Source: a virus. From it: a stretch of DNA of 64,000 bases. The stretch covers positions 1 through 64,000 of IMG/VR virus record IMGVR_UViG_3300022748_000017; one strand, given 5' to 3'. Shown piece after piece: positions 19,684-28,030 of the stretch. Position 1 is the first letter of the stretch; the number at the start of each line of letters is the position of its first letter. The notes beneath the pieces are model-generated. The model ran no database searches, was not told the DNA's origin, and worked only from the letters and a program-made list of their open reading frames with translations. Made by a program: the position numbers and the translations under genes.

Positions 19684-20481
19684 TTAGCCTTTCAAGCGTT
19701 TGTCTAGGAGTTTAAGAAGTTCACGCTGCTCAAGAGCCGCGAGAATTTCGGCGGTTGCCTCCACATCAGAATCACTCTGAATAGGCGCAGTTTCAGCAGA
19801 TTCACCAACGGCATCACGCTGTTCGATCACCTGCTTGAATACAGATGCGGCGGCAACCGACATCTGTTTGGACAGACCTGCATCCCGCAGGGCTTCTTCC
19901 AATACCTTCAAATCAGCAGAGCCATCTGGACGGAAATACTCCAGCTTCTTCACTTCTGCTTTGGGGTTGTTTGGATGCATCACAACGCTGGTCTCGCGCA
20001 GACCACCTTTGGTGATTTGGAAGTAACCATCTTCGTAAACATTGTCCGAGCCAACAGTCATCGGTGTGCCATCTTCTTTGACCCACTGATATTCGTCAGC
20101 ATAAGCACCAACAGAAACGCCACCAAACATGTTTGGCGATTCGCTCATGACTTGATAAAGGTCCGAACCACTTGTGGTGTTCAGGAACAAACGACCACTG
20201 GCATTCATGCCATCATCGTCCATTTCAAGAGAGGTCCATTCACCAACAGGAATCTGGTCCGAGTTGTGATTAACGTACATTGGGAGAGGACGGCCCGATG
20301 CGGCAAATTCCTTTGCCCATTCCATAAATCCTTCTGGCTTGTAGAAGAACTTACGACCATCAGCGCCTTCGCGTGCGCCCCAAGTAGTGATACGAGCTTC
20401 AATCTTTCCTGTCGGTTCGCCGCTTGCGGCCTTTTCGGACAGGTTCAGTTTTGCTTCGCAGATGAGATTGATTTGCTTCAT
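19684..20481 (-). CDS. HK97-type prohead protease
   Basis: PMYVNH...PVGEW, GGVSVG, LRETSVVMHPNN. Confidence 0.9.
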   Translation of the reverse strand: MKQINLICEAKLNLSEKAASGEPTGKIEARITTWGAREGADGRKFFYKPEGFMEWAKEFAASGRPLPMYVNHNSDQIPVGEWTSLEMDDDGMNASGRLFLNTTSGSDLYQVMSESPNMFGGVSVGAYADEYQWVKEDGTPMTVGSDNVYEDGYFQITKGGLRETSVVMHPNNPKAEVKKLEYFRPDGSADLKVLEEALRDAGLSKQMSVAAASVFKQVIEQRDAVGESAETAPIQSDSDVEATAEILAALEQRELLKLLDKRLKG

Positions 20482-20614
20482 TGATTGCCCCTAAACCAAT
20501 TGACTGGTTGTTGTCTTGTATTTTAGGGGGTTGCCCTTGTAATACAGGCAACGGTGTCTTAGGTCTAATGACCTGTTTTGCCAATGCTACCAGATATTTT
20601 GAATCAGTACGCAT
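20399..20614 (-). CDS. Small ORF between portal and protease (uncertain)
   Basis: Positional homolog at 60360-60566 sharing GxPPKIxD. Confidence 0.35.
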   Translation of the reverse strand: MRTDSKYLVALAKQVIRPKTPLPVLQGQPPKIQDNNQSIGLGAINEANQSHLRSKTEPVRKGRKRRTDRKD

Positions 20615-20620
20615 TTTTTA

Positions 20621-22018
20621 TCAAGTCTTCCCGATATTCATTTTCTTGGTCTGATTTCCACCACCACCGCCTGTATCCTGCTTACTGCTGCCGGGAGTTG
20701 GTTCGGCTGCTTTGGCATCTTTGACCAGTTCATCAGCACCTTCTTTGTTCGCCATGCCCATGTATTCACGGGCTTCGTTCGGTGTCATGATGCCATTAGT
20801 CACGCCAGCGGTGACAAAGTTCATCTGATCCAAAGGCGCACCTTTCAGGAAGTCCTTGGTGTCAAATTCGATGCTCAGAGATGGATAGCCGGGGAACAAG
20901 TGATCGGCAAGTTTCTCTTGCGCGTTCACAATGACCGGATACATAGCCGATTTATAAAACTCGTCCATTGCAGTCTGGCTGTTATTGAATTTGCCGTCAT
21001 GGATGCCAATCATGGAAGGTGGTACGCCAAACAGACCGCAGATTCGGCGCATTGTCTGGAGTTTCAGGGCAGCAGCATCAGCATCTTGGAGCGTCAGCAT
21101 CTCCAACTTCTGGTACTTCATGCCTTGGTCCAGCAACATGCCTTGACCGGGCTTGGATGGATCAGATTGGCGAGAACCAACCATGTTGCTCCAAGCCTCT
21201 TTCAGACGAGCAGCAATCTCCTTGTACTTGCCATCAGGAATGACCGTATCTGTCACAAACATGCCAGAAGGTTTTGCACCATTTTGCATGACGTAGTTGG
21301 CATACAGGTCGATGTCCTGATCCAAGCCACACAGTTCAGCCATCAACACGCCTTTGTTGAAGCCAGCCGAACCTTGCCATGCCATCTCTTTGCAGTGCAT
21401 GACCTGATGCGCTTTCAGAGGCTGGTCTTTGCTGAAACCATAGGAAGGAGTCGAAAGACGATAGCTCGGATAGCGGGTAGGTGTAATCGTGACTGCAATC
21501 AAAGTTGAGTCAAGAATGTACATCTCCAAAGGAGTCTGAGTCGAACTCTCTTGGTCTTTCCTCCACCACAGAGTAAAGGCTTCGCCAGACAGTTCGTACC
21601 ACATCAGCCATTGATACCAGAACTCATAGCGAGACTGGAAATTGTTTGGCTTGTTCAGGAGCTTGGCAACTTGCTTGGCTTTCGTCTTGTCACGATCACC
21701 AACAATCTTGCTTTTGACAGCATCAACGTAATCGCCTTCCTCTGTCTCGTACATGACACGGATAGGCAACTGCGCCAAAGCCCGAGCTTTAATCGCCACA
21801 CAGGACATGATCGTGCTGTTTCGAGCCAGCATCGACATATCCACAGGCCGACCAGCATTGGTCGTGCTTGCTGTGGTTACATACAGGATTTGGGTATTAA
21901 CTGTCGGGTTTTTGTTGTCGCCTTGATAAACAATGTTGTTACCAAGAGCCGTCTGACCGAACATTGAGTTCGATTCATCAACCTGTTTTTTACCCTTGAA
22001 AATGTCCAAAAGTCCCAT
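20621..22018 (-). CDS. Portal protein, HK97 family
   Basis: PNNFQS, NGAKPSG, ICGLFGVPP, MTPNEAR. Confidence 0.95.
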   Translation of the reverse strand: MGLLDIFKGKKQVDESNSMFGQTALGNNIVYQGDNKNPTVNTQILYVTTASTTNAGRPVDMSMLARNSTIMSCVAIKARALAQLPIRVMYETEEGDYVDAVKSKIVGDRDKTKAKQVAKLLNKPNNFQSRYEFWYQWLMWYELSGEAFTLWWRKDQESSTQTPLEMYILDSTLIAVTITPTRYPSYRLSTPSYGFSKDQPLKAHQVMHCKEMAWQGSAGFNKGVLMAELCGLDQDIDLYANYVMQNGAKPSGMFVTDTVIPDGKYKEIAARLKEAWSNMVGSRQSDPSKPGQGMLLDQGMKYQKLEMLTLQDADAAALKLQTMRRICGLFGVPPSMIGIHDGKFNNSQTAMDEFYKSAMYPVIVNAQEKLADHLFPGYPSLSIEFDTKDFLKGAPLDQMNFVTAGVTNGIMTPNEAREYMGMANKEGADELVKDAKAAEPTPGSSKQDTGGGGGNQTKKMNIGKT

Positions 22019-22042
22019 GATTAGCTCCTATTTGACGACATA

Positions 22043-23722
22043 TTACCATTCAAATGAACGGAATCCAAATGAATCGCTCACAAATACGTTATCCAAATGG
22101 CAGTGCATCGCCATAATCATGGCAATAATACCGTCAACTTTGGCAGATGGGTCTGCTTCGTTCTTTCTGACCTTCACGTTTCCGTTGACATCAATGTAAA
22201 CCTCGCAATTTCCTAGCTGCCAACCAACAAAAGGATTGCCATCATGCTTAATGGCTTTCTTCAGAATCAATTGCTCGGTTGTTTTAGACGGGTTTGATAG
22301 AACCGCCATACCCTGACCGACCTTTTTAACAGGTAAACCGTCAGCATAAAGATTGGCGACAAGAGCCGCAGCGTTATAGGGATCGTATCCAATTTCTTTG
22401 ACTTCATATTTCTCACACTGTTGCTTGATGAACGATTCAATCTCATTCAAGTCAGTCACGTTACCCGGTGTGAGCCTCAAAATGCCACTTTTGTGAGCCT
22501 GTTGGTAGATAGACTTGTAATGGTTCGGCACAAAATCCAATGACTCCTCTGGCAAGAAGAATTGGAACTGCGAATAGAAATCTTCTTCGCCATATCGGTG
22601 CAAAGTAACGACAGCGTTTAAATCTCGCGTGTGCGCCAAGTCAAAACCGATAAATGTTGACTCAGGTTTATCCTGTGGTTTTTCAGCAACAGACTCATCC
22701 CAGAAGCGCCTGTCAACCCATGCGGCATTGGCAGACACATAGATGTTCAATTGTTTGCACAGGAACTCATTCAGGCTGGCTGGCTTGGCAGATGCCTCTT
22801 CAGCCATGTGCTTGATGTGTTCTTTGGTAACTGACACACCTAGCATAGGATTGGCTTTGCCCCAAACTTCAGGATTGCTCCATTCGTCACCGGGGTCGAT
22901 GCTGTACAGCAGTCCAAACCACCTGAAATTGTCAGCAGCAGCACCACGCAAAACCGACCGGAAATGGTTCAAATCCTCGTAGAACTTTGTCTCTTTGGTA
23001 AAGCTGGCAGTGGTCAAATACATCCGCAATGGATTCTTACGAGCGCCCATACCAGAGTGCAACACTTCAATACTGGACCGCTCCACAATCTGGGCAGCTT
23101 CGTCAATCATCGCGACACTAGGGTTTTTACCATCACCGGTTTTTCTGTTCTCACGGGACAGGGCGCGGTAAGTAGAAGTCGAGTCGCCAGCCTTCTTTAG
23201 CTCACTGCGGTAAACAATAAACTTAGCCGCCAGTTCTGCCTTCATGCCTTCGACAATAGCTTTAGACGAATCAAAGCAAATAGACGCTTGGTCACGGTTG
23301 GTAGCCAGAGTAAACACCTCCGCGCCAGCATCGCCAAATTGCAACTCATAAAGCGCAATAATGGACGCTATAGTGGTTTTCCCTGATTTGCGTGGAACAA
23401 ACAAAATGACATCGGTTGTCCACCGAGTGTTCACATCGTTCTTAGCGCGAAAGCCATATATGCCAGCCAGAAACATAATCTGGAACGGCTCAAGCTCAAT
23501 TGCTTTGCCAGCATCTGGACCTTTGACATGTCGGCAGAACCTGACAAACTTCAAAATGTGTTCGGCTTTGTCAGCCACAAATTCGTAGGGCGCATCCTTG
23601 CGTTCAGCCATGTCAAGGAATCGCTGGCAAGCCAGTTTGACATCCTCACACGCTGCTATATCCCCACGAACTACACTAATGGCGTATTGAAACGCTGATT
23701 CAAGCTGTGGCGAATAACTCAT
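22043..23722 (-). CDS. terL: Terminase large subunit
   Basis: Walker A PRKSGKT, Walker B IDEA, KANP, GFDLA, KVDG. Confidence 0.95.
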   Translation of the reverse strand: MSYSPQLESAFQYAISVVRGDIAACEDVKLACQRFLDMAERKDAPYEFVADKAEHILKFVRFCRHVKGPDAGKAIELEPFQIMFLAGIYGFRAKNDVNTRWTTDVILFVPRKSGKTTIASIIALYELQFGDAGAEVFTLATNRDQASICFDSSKAIVEGMKAELAAKFIVYRSELKKAGDSTSTYRALSRENRKTGDGKNPSVAMIDEAAQIVERSSIEVLHSGMGARKNPLRMYLTTASFTKETKFYEDLNHFRSVLRGAAADNFRWFGLLYSIDPGDEWSNPEVWGKANPMLGVSVTKEHIKHMAEEASAKPASLNEFLCKQLNIYVSANAAWVDRRFWDESVAEKPQDKPESTFIGFDLAHTRDLNAVVTLHRYGEEDFYSQFQFFLPEESLDFVPNHYKSIYQQAHKSGILRLTPGNVTDLNEIESFIKQQCEKYEVKEIGYDPYNAAALVANLYADGLPVKKVGQGMAVLSNPSKTTEQLILKKAIKHDGNPFVGWQLGNCEVYIDVNGNVKVRKNEADPSAKVDGIIAMIMAMHCHLDNVFVSDSFGFRSFEW

Positions 23723-24071
23723 CTACATCACTTACTTTGGCTTTTAACTTTGGACGACCACGGGCAACCAGCCCAAGCTCCGCAAGAATCTTCACAGCCT
23801 TGTCAGCCATCTCAGTCCGAATCTTGTACCACGGTCCTGTGGCTTCACCAGAGTTGTAATGGAATGTATGCCCTTGCTCACGGATGTTGATTTCGGCAGT
23901 CAGCAAGCTGTCCACAGTAATCACCAATGTGCCAATCAGCAGTTCATCGGATGCCGTGAGTGCGCCAGTCGAGCTTTCAACTTCTGCGCGAATAGCAGTC
24001 TCGAACGCTTCCCTGCTCCATGAGTTGGGGTCGTTCAAGTAGCCAAGAATGTGACGAGGTTTTTTTGCCAT
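23700..24071 (-). CDS. terS: Terminase small subunit (P27-like)
   Basis: Upstream of terL; PWY...ELGL..R motif. Confidence 0.75.
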   Translation of the reverse strand: MAKKPRHILGYLNDPNSWSREAFETAIRAEVESSTGALTASDELLIGTLVITVDSLLTAEINIREQGHTFHYNSGEATGPWYKIRTEMADKAVKILAELGLVARGRPKLKAKVSDVDELFATA

Positions 24072-24092
24072 AGGTTTTCTGTCTTATAAAGT

Positions 24093-24836
24093 TTAACTTA
24101 ATAATTTCCATGCTGTTGCAGCACAAAGTGGGACTTGTCCATTACCAATGGCTCTAAGTCTGTCCACCCCAGCGGCCACCCCATCAACCATTCGACCCAC
24201 ACCGGGTTCAGCTTCCCACCATTGTTTTGCTCCATATCCCGAACTGCTTGATTGATGGTGTACTGAGCCGGATGTCCCGACTTTCTTTTGGGAGTCCAAT
24301 TCGGTTGTGTTCCACGTTGACCGCAACTCGCATCTGGCGTTGGGAACTTTTGCAACAATCCAGATTCTGTCCCTCTGATGGTTTGCTCCAACGTCCGCTG
24401 CTCCCAGCACTCCCCATTTCGCATCAAACCCCATTGCGGCCAAGTCTCCGAGAACGGTTCCAAGTCCCCTAGAAGTGAGCATTGGTGAGTTCTCCACAAA
24501 GACGAATCTGGGTCCCACTTCGTGAATGACCCGTGCCATTTCTCGCCACATTCCGGAACGTTCTCCATCAATTCCTGCGCCTTTTCCTGACGCTGAAATA
24601 TCTTGGCATGGAAAGCCTCCCGATACGACATCAACAATTCCTCGCCACGGTTTTCCGTCAAAGGTTTGTACGTCATCCCAGATTGGGAAAGGCGGGAGAA
24701 GTCCGTCATTTTGTCGGGCGCACAATACGCTTGCGGGATAGGGTTCCCATTCAACAGCGCAGACTGTTCGCCATCCAAGGAGTTTTCCCCCAAGTATTCC
24801 TCCACCAGCACCTGCGAAAAGAGCCAACTCATTCAT
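24093..24836 (-). CDS. C5-cytosine DNA methyltransferase, alpha chain (motifs I-VIII and X)
   Basis: LFAGAGG, GGFPCQ, VENS, QRDRIW, RLRAIGNGQV. Confidence 0.9.
   Translation of the reverse strand: MNELALFAGAGGGILGGKLLGWRTVCAVEWEPYPASVLCARQNDGLLPPFPIWDDVQTFDGKPWRGIVDVVSGGFPCQDISASGKGAGIDGERSGMWREMARVIHEVGPRFVFVENSPMLTSRGLGTVLGDLAAMGFDAKWGVLGAADVGANHQRDRIWIVAKVPNARCELRSTWNTTELDSQKKVGTSGSVHHQSSSSGYGAKQWWEAEPGVGRMVDGVAAGVDRLRAIGNGQVPLCAATAWKLLS
24098..24832 (-). CDS. Overlapping alternative-frame methyltransferase beta chain (TRD-like segment plus motif IX)
   Basis: 244-codon ORF nested in the MTase gene; PTPDAS and LNPVWVEWLMGWPLGWT resemble motif IX, which the alpha chain lacks. Confidence 0.75.
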   Translation of the reverse strand: MSWLFSQVLVEEYLGENSLDGEQSALLNGNPIPQAYCAPDKMTDFSRLSQSGMTYKPLTENRGEELLMSYREAFHAKIFQRQEKAQELMENVPECGEKWHGSFTKWDPDSSLWRTHQCSLLGDLEPFSETWPQWGLMRNGECWEQRTLEQTIRGTESGLLQKFPTPDASCGQRGTQPNWTPKRKSGHPAQYTINQAVRDMEQNNGGKLNPVWVEWLMGWPLGWTDLEPLVMDKSHFVLQQHGNY

Positions 24837-25093
24837 ATCCTTCCTTGTCTTGTTTTTGGCAAGCGTAACACAACCGAACCGGTTCGTACACCCCCTGCTG
24901 AATTACGGTTATCCCGTAATTGACCCCGCGCCTGCTCCTAGCCCAAATTGTGTACTTTAAGTTTCTTTTCCGTGGGTTTTGCATGGATGGAGTCACGAAT
25001 CGAGCCTATTGGCGCTCGATTCCATCATTTTTAGGTGCGAATCGAATAGAAATGAGAAACAAAAGGGCTACAGACTGACAAGATGCGCCGTTT

Positions 25094-25516
25094 TTACCGG
25101 GCCAACATGAGAAACGCATAGTCTTGCGCGGTGTATTCGTTCGCTTTGTCGGTGTAATGGATGAATACCCCGCGTTTTTCTAGCGCTGACTTGATCCCAT
25201 GGCATTCAGCATCCAGACTCTGAAACAAATTGCGGGTGAAGGCGTGAACGCCAATTGTTTGCCACGGGAATACATGGTCTACATGGTTAGCCGCTGTGAC
25301 TTGTCCCCGCAATAAGCATGATTGACAAAGAGGCTGAATGGATAACTGCCGCTGTCTTATGCTTTCCCATGCGGCAGTTTTATATCTAGCATTGAACGCT
25401 TTACGGTCTATCGTGGGCGCTTTGCTTTGCGTGTGTGCTTCACAGTAGCGAGACCCCTTCACGCTAGGGGCTTTGCATTGGTATTCGTCACACTGTGCGC
25501 GGGGGATTGTGGGCAT
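25094..25516 (-). CDS. Packaging-associated HNH endonuclease (HK97 gp74-like)
   Basis: YCEAH, W..IR..QL..QPLCQSC, VDHVFP, NLFQSL..CH; located upstream of terS. Confidence 0.85.
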   Translation of the reverse strand: MPTIPRAQCDEYQCKAPSVKGSRYCEAHTQSKAPTIDRKAFNARYKTAAWESIRQRQLSIQPLCQSCLLRGQVTAANHVDHVFPWQTIGVHAFTRNLFQSLDAECHGIKSALEKRGVFIHYTDKANEYTAQDYAFLMLAR

Positions 25517-25549
25517 TTTTTGAGCTACCAGGGGAAAGGGGTTTCAAAG

Positions 25550-25665
25550 TTACTCACAGCATAAATGAAACTATCCACAAAAAACCCAAAGTTATGCACA
25601 GTTTTTCAACTGCAATTTAAGGGTTTATCCTAATCACTTTTTTTTTAATCCACAACTTATCCACA
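25550..25665 (+). promoter_or_regulatory. Cluster of same-orientation DnaA-box-like 9-mers
   Basis: TTACTCACA 25550, CTATCCACA 25571, TTATGCACA 25592, TAATCCACA 25646, TTATCCACA 25657. Confidence 0.7.
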
Positions 25666-25722
25666 GAACATTCGACACAATAGAGGGCACGGCAAACCCG
25701 CCGGGATAAAGAAAGGAAAACC

Positions 25723-25869
25723 ATGCAAACACTTTTGGGCTTTTGGTGCTTTCAATGCCCCTCTGTTTACATTACGCGCACCGTAATGGTCACTTATGCG
25801 GACGATGGTTACGGGGTGTTGATCCCGTCACCGTTTCCCGCCCATGCAATCAACACCGCAAACCAATAA
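25723..25869 (+). CDS. Small hypothetical protein (48 aa)
   Basis: AAGGA RBS; MQTLLGFWCF... Confidence 0.5.
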   Translation: MQTLLGFWCFQCPSVYITRTVMVTYADDGYGVLIPSPFPAHAINTANQ

Positions 25870-25879
25870 GAGATACACC

Positions 25880-26008
25880 ATGCACCATCACACACAAACA
25901 ATCGCAGACATTGAACGCGAGCAAGCCCCCGGCCTTTGGTCAATCCTTGGCGGGGCTTTCCTTTTCTTGGCCTTTGTCTTGGCAATGGCTTTTATTCTTT
26001 CAATCTAA
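25880..26008 (+). CDS. Small single-TM membrane protein (42 aa)
   Basis: GAGA RBS; hydrophobic C-terminal half. Confidence 0.55.
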   Translation: MHHHTQTIADIEREQAPGLWSILGGAFLFLAFVLAMAFILSI

Positions 26009-26018
26009 GGGGCTAACC

Positions 26019-26534
26019 ATGAAACAAATACGCGATTTCTCAGACTGCATCGCAAAAATTGTGCTTAACAAAAAAGGCGAACACGTTGCCACGGTTCAAT
26101 GGCGCTATGGCTCAGGCGGCGGGGTGCAATGTGACGTATGGTCACGCAAAGTCGGAGAATCTTGGCTTTCTCTTACTCACCAGAAAAAGGCCGGGGGCTA
26201 TGGTTATGACAAAGCCGCCGCCGCCCTTGCCGGGGCTGAAATTGAGGGCTACCGCATGGCGGATCATTGCGGCTATGTTGAAGCCGCCGGGGAAAAGAAA
26301 CGCGCCGCCCTTTTGAAAGCATACAAACGCCGCGCAAATTCCGGCTTGCCAATGTCCCGCGAGGATCATGCCGCATTTGAGAAAAAGGCCGAAAAAATTG
26401 GATGCCGCTTTGCTAATTGGGGGGCGGTCTGTCTTGCTGAAGGCGGCGAATCCAGTGCATGGCAAAGCCTTCACAATGAAAGCGGTTTAGGCCGCCTTGA
26501 AATGCTTGGTTTTCGCGTTATCAATGCAATTTAA
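26019..26534 (+). CDS. Hypothetical early protein (171 aa)
   Basis: AAGGGG RBS before MKQIRD; AGGYGYDK motif. Confidence 0.7.
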   Translation: MKQIRDFSDCIAKIVLNKKGEHVATVQWRYGSGGGVQCDVWSRKVGESWLSLTHQKKAGGYGYDKAAAALAGAEIEGYRMADHCGYVEAAGEKKRAALLKAYKRRANSGLPMSREDHAAFEKKAEKIGCRFANWGAVCLAEGGESSAWQSLHNESGLGRLEMLGFRVINAI

Positions 26535-26543
26535 GGGGAATTC

Positions 26544-26705
26544 ATGATCTACATTCAGCGCAAAGACTCGAACGGCCTAGAAACCGTTGACGAATTCAGC
26601 ACGCGCAAAGAGGCCGTTGCAATGGTCAAAGAGTACCGATTGTCAGACCCTTACGCTCAATACTATTTATCAAGCCGCGCGTGCAAAGCATGGAGAAAAG
26701 CATGA
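26544..26705 (+). CDS. Small hypothetical protein (53 aa)
   Basis: AAGGGG RBS; MIYIQRKD..LETVDEF; ATGA-coupled to the next gene. Confidence 0.65.
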   Translation: MIYIQRKDSNGLETVDEFSTRKEAVAMVKEYRLSDPYAQYYLSSRACKAWRKA

Positions 26706-26923
26706 AAGACAAATTTAAGAACAAAAGCGGGACACTTACCACTTACGCTTTTGCGTGCGGATACATTGAGACACGGCAAACAGGGGCAGTTGAAGTGCAA
26801 CTATTCCGGGACGGGGCTGCGTGGCACGTTATAGCGCGTGACGATAATCGAGGCCGTTTTTTGTGGGAATGTTTTGACTTGCTTACGCCCGCCCGCGCTT
26901 TTTTCAGGAAGGTGAAAGCATGA
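26702..26923 (+). CDS. Hypothetical protein
   Basis: ATGA coupling; LTTYAFACGYIE. Confidence 0.65.
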   Translation: MKDKFKNKSGTLTTYAFACGYIETRQTGAVEVQLFRDGAAWHVIARDDNRGRFLWECFDLLTPARAFFRKVKA

Positions 26924-27162
26924 AAATCGAGGCTCGATTAGAAAAAAGCGCCGGGGGTTTTTACCCTATAATTTTTTTCTTGGATGATGTCTTACACGAT
27001 AAGACAATTCAAGCCTACACGCCCACAGATGGTCATATGACCGCCTCCCGCGCTTATATGCGGCAGTGTAAAAAGCCAGAAAGCGCGGAAGAGTACACCG
27101 AAATTTTTGATTGTCTTGCCCAGTATTTCTGCCACGCTACACGATACGCTAAAAAGCGTTAA
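26920..27162 (+). CDS. Hypothetical protein
   Basis: ATGA coupling; last gene before a terminator. Confidence 0.65.
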   Translation: MKIEARLEKSAGGFYPIIFFLDDVLHDKTIQAYTPTDGHMTASRAYMRQCKKPESAEEYTEIFDCLAQYFCHATRYAKKR

Positions 27163-27187
27163 CGGTTCCCACTGATCCTAAAGTGAG

Positions 27188-27243
27188 AAGCCCTAGGGGG
27201 TTTGCACGGTTCGCCGTGTAGATTCCCTAGGGCTTTTTTCTTT
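27188..27243 (+). terminator. Long-stem intrinsic terminator closing the island operon
   Basis: AAGCCCTAGGG...CACGG-TTCG-CCGTG...CCCTAGGGCTT followed by a T-tract. Confidence 0.8.
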
Positions 27244-27279
27244 GCCCTATCGGTTCCCGCTTACCCGTCAAAAGCGACA

Positions 27280-27660
27280 CGCCCTAGGGGGCGGCATGGT
27301 TGACGCTATGCCACGCCCTAGGGCTTTTTTCTTGTCTATAGACCGGGAAATCGCCCACGGTGGGACGGGCGGCAGCTTATGCGGTGGGCTTTATAAATCC
27401 CGCCTTAATGCGCTACAGGTTACGGCAGCGCGGCAGCTATACAGGCGGCAGCGGTTGACCAGTAGGCGGCTTTGAAGCGGTGAAAACAGGCGGCAGGGCG
27501 GGGAAAGCGGCGGCGATATGGTGGGCGGCAAAGCATTGGCAAACAGGCGGCAGGTAGATGGCAGACAGCAGTGCGGCGCTACAGGATCAGCGGAAAACGG
27601 GCGGGTTCTGTAGTACTTTCGGCAAACAGAACGCCGCCGTTTGTAGTGCCGCCGCCATGC
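27280..27660 (+). repeat. Non-coding array of GGCGG(CA) motifs, inverted at the distal end
   Basis: About ten GGCGG copies incl. AAACAGGCGGCAGG twice (~27484, 27541); CCGCC copies at ~27633-27656. Confidence 0.6.
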
Positions 27661-27826
27661 GAACTAGGGTTTACCCCTAGGTTTTCTGTAAGTTATGTAA
27701 CGGACGGGCCAGAAAAATGGGTCAGGCCACTACGCATTTTTAAAAAAAAAATTGAAAGGCAAAAAAAAGTCCAGACTGGCTGGACTTAAAGCCAATTTCT
27801 TGGCAGGGAGGAAAACCAACAAGCAA

Positions 27827-28030
27827 TCAATCAGGTTTCTTAAAAAATTCCTGCGGTGTTACGACAGTTTGCTCTTTGCCTATCGCAAAGTCAACACCAA
27901 ATTCCAATTTGCTTTCGCCTTTGTAGCCATTGGCGTAAGCAGCCCTAGCTACTGCCAAGGCTTTTGCTTTGCTGTCGAATGGTCCTTTGCTACCCCAGAA
28001 CCATCCTGACTGTTTCTTTACAAGTGGCAT
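27827..28030 (-). CDS. Small hypothetical phage protein
   Basis: MPLVKK..WGSKGPF..KALAVARAAYANGY; coupled to the upstream stop. Confidence 0.6.
   Translation of the reverse strand: MPLVKKQSGWFWGSKGPFDSKAKALAVARAAYANGYKGESKLEFGVDFAIGKEQTVVTPQEFFKKPD

Noticed and set aside
18482-19687. Long antisense ORFs opposite both major capsid genes (also 58407-59645)
   Set aside because: In-register shadow of strongly biased codon usage in highly expressed genes; no RBS or recognisable motifs.
24093-25516. MTase plus adjacent HNH as a restriction-modification pair
   Set aside because: The HNH has the motif pattern and position of a gp74-like terminase cofactor, so the MTase is better read as an orphan.
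25743-26018. N-terminal extension of the 263-aa ORF in the ORF track
   Set aside because: Better explained by two small RBS-bearing ORFs and a true start at 26019.
27188-27243. tRNA-like element (GGTTCG)
   Set aside because: Forms a single long hairpin with a T-tract, not a cloverleaf; no tRNA was recognised in the window.
27242-28009. + strand ORFs 27242-27475, 27571-27789 and 27752-28009
   Set aside because: No RBS, downstream of a strong terminator, and the translations simply reflect the repeat array.
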